From a virus: a stretch of DNA of 64,000 bases. The translations under genes and the position numbers were made by a program. The notes under the pieces were generated by a model. It saw only the letters and a list, made by a program, of their open reading frames with translations, had not been told where the DNA came from and made no database searches. Position 1 is the first letter of the stretch. Every line of letters starts with the position of its first letter. Below, one piece after another: positions 45,478-54,912 of the stretch. Where the stretch lies: the IMG/VR virus record IMGVR_UViG_3300045988_136394, positions 1 to 64,000 of that record, one strand, 5' to 3'.

Positions 45478-47796
45478 TTAGCTAACCCCTATTGCAAATA
45501 TATAACAATCGCCCCAGTTTTGAATATCATCGTTATAGCCATTGTTGGTATTAAATGTAATGCTTGTATTAGACCTTGCTATAATATAAGGCACTAAGTT
45601 GGAGCTACACATTACATTTGAATAATAGCAAGTGGTAAAAGTGCGTGGAAATGTAAGTGTTCCACTGATGATATTACTTCTATTTACATATTCCCATTGT
45701 ACAGTTAAACCTGTACTGTTTTCTCTTGCCCAACCATTAGTACCTTTGGAGATTGTCCATGAACTATCTCCTGCTAATGCACTTATAGCTTGTTTAACTC
45801 TTAAAGGGGACATAAACTTTGTGTTATTAGTACCAGCCTCGGCTTCCGCTTCACTGGCAATAACAGGTTTGGGTATATCAATAGTTACATTACCATTTGT
45901 CGGTTTTATTCCATTAACACTTTTAACTACACTATTACTTAAATTAGTTAAGTCAGATTGTTTAGCTATTTGAGTCCAAGAAGGATTAGTATTATTAGTA
46001 ACATGGTAATGAGTGACATACATTGTTTGATTCGTGCCTGTAAAATGAAATATAGTAATATCTCCTGTAAGTCGAGTAGCTATAAAGTTACCATAACTTG
46101 CAGGATATATATCCGCAAAATTTTGTGCTTCAGAAGCATAATACTCCAATACACTGTTTATTGGTAATGCGGAGTGAATAGAAGCGAATGTTTCTTCCCC
46201 TGGAGTTATTCCGATTTGTTCTAAAGAAGTATATGTTGTTAAATTAGAACCACTTCCTGCATCACAGTTAATGGTAATATCTTGCGTGCCGTCAAAAGCC
46301 ACACCATTTATTGTGCGTGCGGTTTGTAACTTTGTTGCTGTATTAGCATTACCTAACCATTTTGCAACACCATCATGTGTGACCGTTGCAAAGGGATTAT
46401 TATTGCTAGAAAAAGTTACTTTTGTATTATCGTCACGTATGACAAACACATTATTATTCGTTCCAACTCTAAATACATGAGGTTGATTTGTGCTTGTGTG
46501 ATAAAATAATCCACCTAAATTATCCGTCCCAATTCTTGCTTGTACTGTTTCATTTGTTGGAGGAATACCAAAATTTATACTACCACTGCTACCTGCCGCA
46601 CTGCCATTTGATACTTTAATGTTTGCTCTGAAAGTATTTAAAGCTGTAAAGGTATTTGCTTGATTTAATAAGCCTACTTCATCAGTACAAGCAATTTCTC
46701 GCCATGCAGTCCAACTACTATTTTCATGGTAAAAACAGCGTTGATACGTTCTTGAAGCTACATAACTACTCCCATAAGTTCGATAAATCTGGACTAAACT
46801 TGTTCTAGGGGCATTAAATCCAATCAATACACTTAATACACCGCCCCTTGGCGTTGCATCATTATAGCTAGTGGGGAGATTTGCTATTGTGTTTGCTTCT
46901 GTATTGCTTTGTACTTGATATTCTCCAGGAGTTTTGTAATCATTAAAATCGCTATTTGAAGGGATAAAATTCGTTATGTTTAAATATTTAGCCGAATTTA
47001 CATCTCCGTTAGCTATACTATCATCTACATATTTTTTGTTCGGCACATCATTATTTACTGTAGGAGTTTTGTGTACTGTCAGTTCCAGCCCATTTGCATT
47101 AGTATATTTACCCCACGGAGTATTATTTAACGAGCTAAATTCTACTGTGCCATCAGAATTATACACGCTAGCAAAGGATGTTTGAATACCGCTTTGTAAA
47201 AAACAATGTCTATAATCAGCGGCACGCATTATTAATTCGCCTGTTTTATTTCTGACTATACTAGGTGTTTGTTCACTACCTTCAGGTTTTAGTCCGAGCC
47301 ATAAATAAGTTGATGCATCACCAGGAGTGGTAGCACTGCCCCGTATGTTTAAATTTGCATTAAATATAGCACTACCATTCCAATAGTTATTGCCTGTCCA
47401 TGTGTTATTGCCTGCTAATTTGCCATAGGTCGTATGAATATTATTGCCATTAATATCAGCTAATGCTTTTGTTGCTGTACCCGCTGCATATTCTTGAAAT
47501 GCGTCCATTGTGCCTAATTTAGTATCATCTACGACTTGATATTGTACTGGAGGAGTAACTCCTATTATCATTACAGTATCGCCATTTTGAACATCATCAA
47601 CAGTTAAAGCAAGCATATCTGTAACAGTATCAACCTTTATAACATTATCCAAGCCTGCTGGAGGAATATTAGAAATATCTAATTGTCCTTTTATACGAGT
47701 GGCATCAATATCACTGGTATTTACATAATCAATTAAACTATTTATATATTTGATAAATGCCAGTCCGGATAATGTTTTCGTTATTTTCTCAAACAT
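45478..47796 (-). CDS. large tail fibre / receptor-binding protein (772 aa)
   Basis: Size, Gly/Asn/Thr-rich beta-repeat composition and position after the baseplate genes. Confidence 0.55.
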   Translation of the reverse strand: MFEKITKTLSGLAFIKYINSLIDYVNTSDIDATRIKGQLDISNIPPAGLDNVIKVDTVTDMLALTVDDVQNGDTVMIIGVTPPVQYQVVDDTKLGTMDAFQEYAAGTATKALADINGNNIHTTYGKLAGNNTWTGNNYWNGSAIFNANLNIRGSATTPGDASTYLWLGLKPEGSEQTPSIVRNKTGELIMRAADYRHCFLQSGIQTSFASVYNSDGTVEFSSLNNTPWGKYTNANGLELTVHKTPTVNNDVPNKKYVDDSIANGDVNSAKYLNITNFIPSNSDFNDYKTPGEYQVQSNTEANTIANLPTSYNDATPRGGVLSVLIGFNAPRTSLVQIYRTYGSSYVASRTYQRCFYHENSSWTAWREIACTDEVGLLNQANTFTALNTFRANIKVSNGSAAGSSGSINFGIPPTNETVQARIGTDNLGGLFYHTSTNQPHVFRVGTNNNVFVIRDDNTKVTFSSNNNPFATVTHDGVAKWLGNANTATKLQTARTINGVAFDGTQDITINCDAGSGSNLTTYTSLEQIGITPGEETFASIHSALPINSVLEYYASEAQNFADIYPASYGNFIATRLTGDITIFHFTGTNQTMYVTHYHVTNNTNPSWTQIAKQSDLTNLSNSVVKSVNGIKPTNGNVTIDIPKPVIASEAEAEAGTNNTKFMSPLRVKQAISALAGDSSWTISKGTNGWARENSTGLTVQWEYVNRSNIISGTLTFPRTFTTCYYSNVMCSSNLVPYIIARSNTSITFNTNNGYNDDIQNWGDCYIFAIGVS

Positions 47797-48976
47797 TTTC
47801 AGTAACTCCTTCCACTAAATCATAAATACATAATCTACCTGCAAAAGGATAAATTGCTCTTAATGTAACTGATTTATCAGTCATAGTATTAAATTCCATA
47901 TCCACGAAAGGCACTCTAATATATTGATTATTAGCTTCGTCCTTCATTTGAATATTTAAAATTGCTTTACCACTTGTATCAATTTCGATTGTATATGTAT
48001 CCCCATCAGCGACCCATAAATCTTCCGAAATCTCATCTGTAAATTCGAGGTAACTTGCAGCCTGATGAAATTTTTCATACCATTCCTGAATTTGCAAATA
48101 TTGCATATTTACATTTTCAGCTTTATTCGTAAGATCTTTTTCAATTTCTTGAATATTTTCATGTCTTGTTTGAATATCGGCATAAATGGTATCAATTTGT
48201 TCTTTTGCTTCTGTTACAATCTCTTGATTAGCCTGCGCTCTATCTGCATCTAATTTAGCGGATTCTGCACTTTCTGCGGCATTGGATTCTGAATTAGCGG
48301 CATTTAATTCAGATTGTTTAGCATTTTGTGAATATATTTTAGATTCACCAGCATAACGTCCAGCTTCTGTTTCTGACTTACTAGCCGCCTCTGCAGAAGT
48401 TTTAGCCGCTTCTGCATATTGATAAGCTGTATTTGTTGATTCCTGAACTTGATGAAGTAAATCTTCTATATCTGATTTAACATCTTTAACATTTTGATAA
48501 ATTACATCAATTTGGTTTTTAATATTTTGGGAGGCTTCTTGTGCCTTTTTAGCTTCATCAGCCGCTTTAACAGCTTTATCTGCATTTTCCTGAACTTGTT
48601 GAACATATTGTTCAAATATATCTGGAGTAGGATCTTCAGGAAGTAGACTATCCTCATTAAACCCACTATCAATAATTTCTATATCGATTTCATTAGTTGT
48701 TGCTCTTTTGTTATCCATAGATACGGCAAAAGCATTTACCTGCATTATTCCTGCACCAACTAAAACTTCCCACGGTACTGGATATTCTACGCCATCTGAA
48801 ATGTTGGTTACATTGTAAGTTTTTCCATTCTTGGTAAATTGTACTGTCTTACCTACATAATTAGCCCAATCTTCAGAGGTTTCAAGTGTAAATGTTAAAT
48901 AACCCTTACTATCTGCAACAACTTCAGAATCTCCATAATAACTCAATCTTTGTTTAAATATTCTAAATTTTATCAT
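47789..48976 (-). CDS. tail structural protein with a long coiled coil (395 aa)
   Basis: Ala/Glu/Gln-rich heptad region. The 37-bp inverted repeat lies directly upstream of its start. Confidence 0.45.
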   Translation of the reverse strand: MIKFRIFKQRLSYYGDSEVVADSKGYLTFTLETSEDWANYVGKTVQFTKNGKTYNVTNISDGVEYPVPWEVLVGAGIMQVNAFAVSMDNKRATTNEIDIEIIDSGFNEDSLLPEDPTPDIFEQYVQQVQENADKAVKAADEAKKAQEASQNIKNQIDVIYQNVKDVKSDIEDLLHQVQESTNTAYQYAEAAKTSAEAASKSETEAGRYAGESKIYSQNAKQSELNAANSESNAAESAESAKLDADRAQANQEIVTEAKEQIDTIYADIQTRHENIQEIEKDLTNKAENVNMQYLQIQEWYEKFHQAASYLEFTDEISEDLWVADGDTYTIEIDTSGKAILNIQMKDEANNQYIRVPFVDMEFNTMTDKSVTLRAIYPFAGRLCIYDLVEGVTENV

Positions 48977-48981
48977 TTTTA

Positions 48982-49278
48982 ATTCCTTTCTTTAAAGATC
49001 AGAATAAGCTCCATAACCATACGGCTAATATAAATACTACTCCAGCGCAAGGTTCTTTCCGTACTTGGAAGTTTGATCCAGTAGCTTCCGGAGTGTTTTC
49101 ATCTACCTATTTAGGACGATGGGCAAATAGCAAAAATGGCGGAGATGATGCCATGTGGCAAGTTAACTTTAATTTAGCAAATACATTAAATAATATTACT
49201 ATTGGAAATTCTGGAGAATCTGAAGGATTTCCAAAACACGTTATAATGCCTTATTACCTGAGAGTTTTAAATATTTAA
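48982..49278 (+). other. silent alternative tail-fibre C-terminal cassette (no start or RBS; homologous to the last roughly 95 aa of 49267..50205)
   Basis: Translation ...NTTPAQGSFRTWKFDPVASGVFSS...FPKHVIMPYYLRVLNI aligns with ...NKTGTTQLRGTFIAGN...TGVFSG...YPKHIIMPYYLRILNI of the fibre gene. Confidence 0.6.
48985..49021. repeat. left copy of the 37-bp perfect inverted repeat (CTTTCTTTAAAGATCAGAATAAGCTCCATAACCATAA)
   Basis: Exact reverse-complement match to 49550-49586. Confidence 0.85.
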
Positions 49279-50205
49279 TATTCTTAAATAATATGGCATA
49301 ATTATATGCTTTGGATAAGCTTCTTCTCCACCTGTATTCACGCCTGTAGATTCAATTTTAATATCATGATTATGGTCGCCATTAAATTGTATAACTTCAC
49401 GAGTATCACTTTTATGAGCACATTCGCCAGCCCATGTACCAGTTCCGGAAAATACGCCAGTTGTTCGACCCCAACTGCCTCCAACCTGATTTCCTGCAAT
49501 GAAAGTTCCTCGAAGTTGTGTAGTTCCAGTCTTATTTCCAGTGGCCAAATTATGGTTATGGAGCTTATTCTGATCTTTAAAGAAAGAACCAGCATTTTCT
49601 CCACCACGACCAAAATCTAATATAAATGGAGTTCTAAAAGTTGTACTGTCATCACCAGTTGAAAAATAGCCAACAGAAGTTTTATTTAATGTTAACATTT
49701 TTTGCCATTCAACTTCAGAAGTTAAAGGATAATATTTTTGAACAAAATCCCACAATTCTGGATATTCTGATCTATTTAATACATGACTTTGTGTCATTTT
49801 TAAGTATCCTGGAGGAGCGCTATTCCATAATTGCTGTTTAATCGTTCCTATTGGTGTAGTATCTGCAGATACTTGAATTGGTTGTTCTTCCCAAATAATA
49901 TCATTATCTGTTATCGTTCTGGAACCTTCTTGTCCACTTGCTTCCGACCATGTTGGTTCATTACTTCCACTTGTACCAGCATTTTTAGATACTAATTTAG
50001 TATGCAATCCAAAAGGATAAAGTAATACAGAATTTTTAGGATATGCTGTATTCGGTTGCCAAGAAAATCTTTTTAAAAATTCTGCATGCTGTTGCAATGT
50101 ATTTTCCCAACCATTAATATTTTTAGCCATTACAATGTCGTTATCTGTGTCATGCCATAAATGAGCGATGTAATCAGTAATTTTCATAACAATATTATTA
50201 GCCAT
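49267..50205 (-). CDS. tail fibre protein with a switchable C-terminal domain
   Basis: 313 aa from the ATG overlapping the upstream stop. The C-terminal roughly 95 aa is homologous to the opposite-strand cassette. The right inverted repeat lies in-frame within codons FFKDQNKLHNHN. Confidence 0.55.
   Translation of the reverse strand: MANNIVMKITDYIAHLWHDTDNDIVMAKNINGWENTLQQHAEFLKRFSWQPNTAYPKNSVLLYPFGLHTKLVSKNAGTSGSNEPTWSEASGQEGSRTITDNDIIWEEQPIQVSADTTPIGTIKQQLWNSAPPGYLKMTQSHVLNRSEYPELWDFVQKYYPLTSEVEWQKMLTLNKTSVGYFSTGDDSTTFRTPFILDFGRGGENAGSFFKDQNKLHNHNLATGNKTGTTQLRGTFIAGNQVGGSWGRTTGVFSGTGTWAGECAHKSDTREVIQFNGDHNHDIKIESTGVNTGGEEAYPKHIIMPYYLRILNI
49550..49586. repeat. right copy of the 37-bp perfect inverted repeat (inside the tail fibre gene)
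   Basis: Exact reverse complement of 48985-49021. Confidence 0.85.
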
Positions 50206-51115
50206 TTGTTCCAACCTCCCGAATATTAATTCGATGTTCAATCATAGTATCTAAAGCAATAGGAATATAAACAGGATCATTAGAAAGAATTAAATCTTTC
50301 CCATCTAAAAATTTAATATTAGTGATTAATTTTATTTCTTCCCAATTTTCAATATTATATTGGATTCTTAAATACCCACCAGTAATAATTTTTTGAACAA
50401 AATTTGTTATCTTATAAGTATCATTTATAAGAACTGCCTGTATTTCTTCCCCTGTAAATGTTTTTAATTTATTAAGCATTAATGGAGTCAAGGATTGCAC
50501 CTCCTCAGATTTTAATTTTGCTAATTCTTGAACACTTATAATAGGTTTTTGACCTACTTTCCATTTACCACCTAAAATATAATTCCACCACCATTTTTGT
50601 TGATAAATTTCTTCGCCAACTTCAATCGTATTTGGAATAAATGGAACATTGATAAATACAATGTTTGCAGGTTTTATTTTATTTATAGTAGCAATACTTT
50701 CCTTATAAATAAAAGAATTAGAAGCATTACTTTTAATGTATAAGGTATAATTCGGATAATCCATTTCTATTTCATAATTATTTTTTCCAAATAAAGAGTC
50801 TAATTTTTGACGAAGATAAATCATTGTATAATAGGATAATGTTTGTATCCTATTTAATAATCTAAATCTTCTTTCCTCCAATGTTTCTGTTTCCGGATCT
50901 GCAACTATTTGGAATAATTGTTCATAAGCATAAATACCATCTTCATCTGCGTATGCAATAAATTGATTATTTTTTGCTTTATTTAATAACAAGTATAAGT
51001 TATTCCAAATATCATTTTCAACTTTAATTAATTCATCTGTTTCTAAAATACCTTCATAATAACGAGGAAAATAACGACCAATTCTAGTTCTGTATAAACC
51101 ATACCTATTGTTCAT
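50198..51115 (-). CDS. XkdU/YmfQ-like tail protein (DUF2313-like)
   Basis: Position after the baseplate J-like gene, 305 aa, N-terminal RYFPRYY...LE.DE motif flavour. Confidence 0.4.
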   Translation of the reverse strand: MNNRYGLYRTRIGRYFPRYYEGILETDELIKVENDIWNNLYLLLNKAKNNQFIAYADEDGIYAYEQLFQIVADPETETLEERRFRLLNRIQTLSYYTMIYLRQKLDSLFGKNNYEIEMDYPNYTLYIKSNASNSFIYKESIATINKIKPANIVFINVPFIPNTIEVGEEIYQQKWWWNYILGGKWKVGQKPIISVQELAKLKSEEVQSLTPLMLNKLKTFTGEEIQAVLINDTYKITNFVQKIITGGYLRIQYNIENWEEIKLITNIKFLDGKDLILSNDPVYIPIALDTMIEHRINIREVGTNG

Positions 51116-52271
51116 CTAGACTCACCGTACCTAATACAGGAATTTCTTGTAATGAACTTGTTTCTGTTAATTTAATATCTGTGTCTGTTTCATTTAATTT
51201 TAATTCATAGGCACTAGATACACCTTTAACATTTAGAATAGCAAAATTAATTCTACCTAAATAAACAGTTACAGAATAATTATTTTCATCGTCACTATTT
51301 TCCCAAGCTTCTCTTAAAGACAAAAGATAATTTTCTAAAGCAGCTTTAATATCAGGCATCAAAGTTTCTAATTTATATCCTGGCAATAAAGTGATTTTTC
51401 CAGACACATTAATTGTTCTAGGTAATGGAGTGCTTACTGTTACTTTATGCCCAATGGGAGCAATACCTAACCCTAAACCAGTTTCCCCGCCAGAATTTTC
51501 CGGATCGAATTTTTCTAAAATAGTTTGACAAAATTCTGAAGAACAAGAATTGTAATCTGTATCAATAATACTTAACTTTACAGTTCCTCCGCCTGCCCAT
51601 ACAGGATAAACTTGAACGCCACCAATGCCCGGAATTTCTTTAGCCCATTGCCGATACTGTGCAATATTACCACCAAACGCTGTTTTCATTAAATTAGCTA
51701 AAAATCTTTCTCTTAGAGAATCATCTGATTCTTCTTCTTCTCCCGGATAAAGTAAAGTAGTAATTTCAGCACTTGCCAACTTTTCAATATAATCATTAGG
51801 AACGATTCTACCTATATAACTATTTCCCACGCTACCAACAGTATTGCATTGCATAACATAACTTCCGGGTACTACATCACCATCTTCATTTGCGTATACC
51901 TGTACTGCGGTATAATTTAAGATAGTATCTCCAACGGTTGAAAAAGATTGTCCAATAGAAATTTGACAAGGTTCATCCAGCTGTGTTTTAAATACTCCTA
52001 ATTTTTTAGCGTATGTTGCGGGATCTCGAGTTATACCCCCCTCTATTACACGCCCATCAAGCCATAATCCATTTGCAGTTTCGATATATGTTTGTTCGAT
52101 AATATCAGCTAAATATAATATGTGTTTTGCGGCTTCATAACAACATGGTGATAAAGCATCCCGAATAATCGAACCTTCTCGTTTATCAACATTATCTGGA
52201 ACTTTGCTTAATGCTTCCGTTAAAATATACTCATAGGTATACTTTTGCAGGTATTCACTTAAAACATTCAT
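51105..52271 (-). CDS. baseplate J-like protein (XkdT-like)
   Basis: 388 aa. Composition and synteny match baseplate J. Confidence 0.55.
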   Translation of the reverse strand: MNVLSEYLQKYTYEYILTEALSKVPDNVDKREGSIIRDALSPCCYEAAKHILYLADIIEQTYIETANGLWLDGRVIEGGITRDPATYAKKLGVFKTQLDEPCQISIGQSFSTVGDTILNYTAVQVYANEDGDVVPGSYVMQCNTVGSVGNSYIGRIVPNDYIEKLASAEITTLLYPGEEEESDDSLRERFLANLMKTAFGGNIAQYRQWAKEIPGIGGVQVYPVWAGGGTVKLSIIDTDYNSCSSEFCQTILEKFDPENSGGETGLGLGIAPIGHKVTVSTPLPRTINVSGKITLLPGYKLETLMPDIKAALENYLLSLREAWENSDDENNYSVTVYLGRINFAILNVKGVSSAYELKLNETDTDIKLTETSSLQEIPVLGTVSLDEQ

Positions 52272-52669
52272 TTTTTCACCTCCAAAGTTATTGGCAATAC
52301 GCCAGATTCAGTTTGTAAATCTAAAGTAATTGACATATAGTCAAGTCCTTCTTGTGTAAACTGTAAATTACTAATAGCGTAAATTCGAGAATCTGCTAAT
52401 AAACAATCTTCCAAAGCTCTCTGTAAGTCTGCTTGAATATAATCAAAATCTTTACCGATATACTTTTCTAATTCAATTCCATAATTTTTAGAATAAATAA
52501 CATAAGCATATCTTTCAGTATCGAAATTTTTCATTATTGCTTGTTCAATAGCAGACTGTCCATCTGTTGTACCTATAATTCGTTTATTATAATTATCAAC
52601 CTTATAGGTTCTTGTAACTTCATTTTGCCCTATTTGATTTACAATAATATTGCGATTTGTGGGTATCAT
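52268..52669 (-). CDS. XkdS-like baseplate protein (DUF2634-like)
   Basis: 133 aa, synteny. Confidence 0.4.
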   Translation of the reverse strand: MIPTNRNIIVNQIGQNEVTRTYKVDNYNKRIIGTTDGQSAIEQAIMKNFDTERYAYVIYSKNYGIELEKYIGKDFDYIQADLQRALEDCLLADSRIYAISNLQFTQEGLDYMSITLDLQTESGVLPITLEVKK

Positions 52670-53067
52670 GGTATTCCCTCCACCCTTTGCTGAATTAAAA
52701 ATTTCTGTCCATTATTAAATCTAATTAAAATAACTCTGTCGCCGGGATTCAAGCCACGCCATAATTGTATCTCAGGAAGCTCTTCTGTGGTATTGTGCAT
52801 ACCATTATGAATAGCTTGATGTTTATGCTTTACTTGTCCTTTTTCCGGAAAAGGAATCTTAATTATTGTTTCCTTACATAAAGCTCCGACAACTAATTGA
52901 TTTTCACCTAATGTCGTTCTCGAATCTAATTGTACACTTAAAGGAGAAACAGAAAGCACTGTTCCGTATACACAATCAGACATATCGGAACTTTGAGCTC
53001 TCTGTTTTACCATTTTTCGCGTTATACTTAGAATCCGAACAACTCCAGAATCTTCCATATTAAACAC
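52666..53067 (-). CDS. XkdR-like baseplate protein (DUF2577-like)
   Basis: 133 aa, synteny. Confidence 0.4.
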   Translation of the reverse strand: MFNMEDSGVVRILSITRKMVKQRAQSSDMSDCVYGTVLSVSPLSVQLDSRTTLGENQLVVGALCKETIIKIPFPEKGQVKHKHQAIHNGMHNTTEELPEIQLWRGLNPGDRVILIRFNNGQKFLIQQRVEGIP

Positions 53068-54049
53068 CTACATCCAAACTATATTGACTTAAATTTAATT
53101 TAACTATGTGCTCATTATTTTTCCAAGTGTGCGAACAATCTGTTGCAATATATTCCTGCATATTAACAAATCCAGCTTTAGTTAGAGGGTCTAATTTAAC
53201 GGTTAACCAATTTCCAGCTCTAAAAGAATAGGGTAAACCAACACACTCAACTCTTAAAGATTTTAATTCCCTATTTTTAACCTTCAAAAGAGCATCGCCT
53301 CTTTGTTTGATTTGATTTTCAGTTGCTGTTTTATCTACTTTTTCGTAATATTGCAATATGCCCCATTTACGCTGATTTTCATCATCCTGAGCCACATAAA
53401 CTTTACGAACTCCTTCTTTCGTATTGTCTTGTACTAATTTTACACGATTATATGAATCCCTGTCAATGTTTTTCTTAAAATTGTAACCTGTAATATTTAA
53501 ATCGTCTGAAATGTAGTAGTTTGTTTTTGTTGATAATAAACTGATTTGTTCTAATGTACCATAATTATCTCTTAGAATAAACCAATTTTGTATATTCACT
53601 AACGCTTCGTCATAGCCATAATTAATTATTGAATACAAGGATTTTCCATCATGAACTCGTGGAGAAACTTCCCATGAACAATCATCAACTATTTTGTAAG
53701 TAAATTTCCAGTCTTCACAAATAGCTTTAAAAATCTGAGTTGCTGTCTTTCCGGAAAAGACATAGGATTCTTTATTTTTTAAATAAAAAACTTGATCAAC
53801 AGCTTCATAAGTAATAGTATCTTCAGAAGCTGTCATATTAACAACATATCCATAGAAAATTGGTATATCGTCAATTCTTAAATTAACTGTGGTTGCAAAT
53901 TCTAAAATTAATTCAATATTATTAGGTACGGAGAATCTTAATTTTCCAGGCTGTTCTAGCAATGTCGTTGTCCAAGATATATCAAAGACAACTTGAGAAA
54001 TTTCAAAAACTTTAGTATTCGGAAGTTGTACAGCTAATAAAATATTCAT
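53060..54049 (-). CDS. XkdQ / late-control-D-like tail protein
   Basis: 329 aa, synteny between the tape measure and baseplate genes. Confidence 0.4.
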   Translation of the reverse strand: MNILLAVQLPNTKVFEISQVVFDISWTTTLLEQPGKLRFSVPNNIELILEFATTVNLRIDDIPIFYGYVVNMTASEDTITYEAVDQVFYLKNKESYVFSGKTATQIFKAICEDWKFTYKIVDDCSWEVSPRVHDGKSLYSIINYGYDEALVNIQNWFILRDNYGTLEQISLLSTKTNYYISDDLNITGYNFKKNIDRDSYNRVKLVQDNTKEGVRKVYVAQDDENQRKWGILQYYEKVDKTATENQIKQRGDALLKVKNRELKSLRVECVGLPYSFRAGNWLTVKLDPLTKAGFVNMQEYIATDCSHTWKNNEHIVKLNLSQYSLDVGV

Positions 54050-54906
54050 TACAGTATACCCGATATTTTATTTACCGCTGTTTCGGATACCCAACCAATC
54101 CAACGGTCTTCATTATCAGTTATATGGATTGCTCCATTATTATCGAAATCTAAAAGATTTACGTAACAGCCAGTTTTATTCTTAACATACCTATCTACAA
54201 ACTGCATAGCTGGATCTTTATAAATTGTACCTGTTACACTTACTTCATCCCCCATTGTTAAGGCCTCGGATTCATCTGTTCTTAATCCACCAGTATCAAC
54301 AGTTATTGTACCATCTTCATCAACGGTAGCGTTATTAACTGCATAAATCTGATAAACCTTAAATTCGATATCATAATATGGATCTGGATCTGCTTCCTTC
54401 CAATCATAATCGAATTTTTCAATAGATACAAGCTTATTAAATCCAACAGCAAGTCCAGTAATAATTAACCTTACAGGTTCTTTGCTATCTCTAATCTTAC
54501 TAAATAAACTTACATAAAATGAAGGTTCATGAAATTGTGCTTTATTTTGCCTATCTAAAATTTGCTTAATTAATGCAGTATAAAAAGTTTGTTCTGAATT
54601 GCCTGTTAGCACATATGGATAGTTCTGTGTTTCTATTGTTGGGAAAAAACAACTAAATCCAATCGTGCTTAATTTAGGATTTTTTAAAACATTTATTTCT
54701 CCTAATGATACAATAGGGTATGTTTTATTATTTCCCGGAGTAGCGATTTTTAAGTCTGAAGGATTTACAGGAATTTGCACTGTATCTCCTTTATACACAA
54801 TAAATATCTTTACATCGCCTCTAGCCCTACTTATAGAATCCGAATTTGGAGAAAGGCTCTCAAGAAGTGTGGTAGTATCACTTATTTTTCCGGATTGTGC
54901 AACCAT
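54049..54906 (-). CDS. tail protein following the tape measure (XkdP position)
   Basis: 285 aa, synteny. No LysM motif seen. Confidence 0.35.
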   Translation of the reverse strand: MVAQSGKISDTTTLLESLSPNSDSISRARGDVKIFIVYKGDTVQIPVNPSDLKIATPGNNKTYPIVSLGEINVLKNPKLSTIGFSCFFPTIETQNYPYVLTGNSEQTFYTALIKQILDRQNKAQFHEPSFYVSLFSKIRDSKEPVRLIITGLAVGFNKLVSIEKFDYDWKEADPDPYYDIEFKVYQIYAVNNATVDEDGTITVDTGGLRTDESEALTMGDEVSVTGTIYKDPAMQFVDRYVKNKTGCYVNLLDFDNNGAIHITDNEDRWIGWVSETAVNKISGIL

Positions 54907-54912
54907 TTTATC

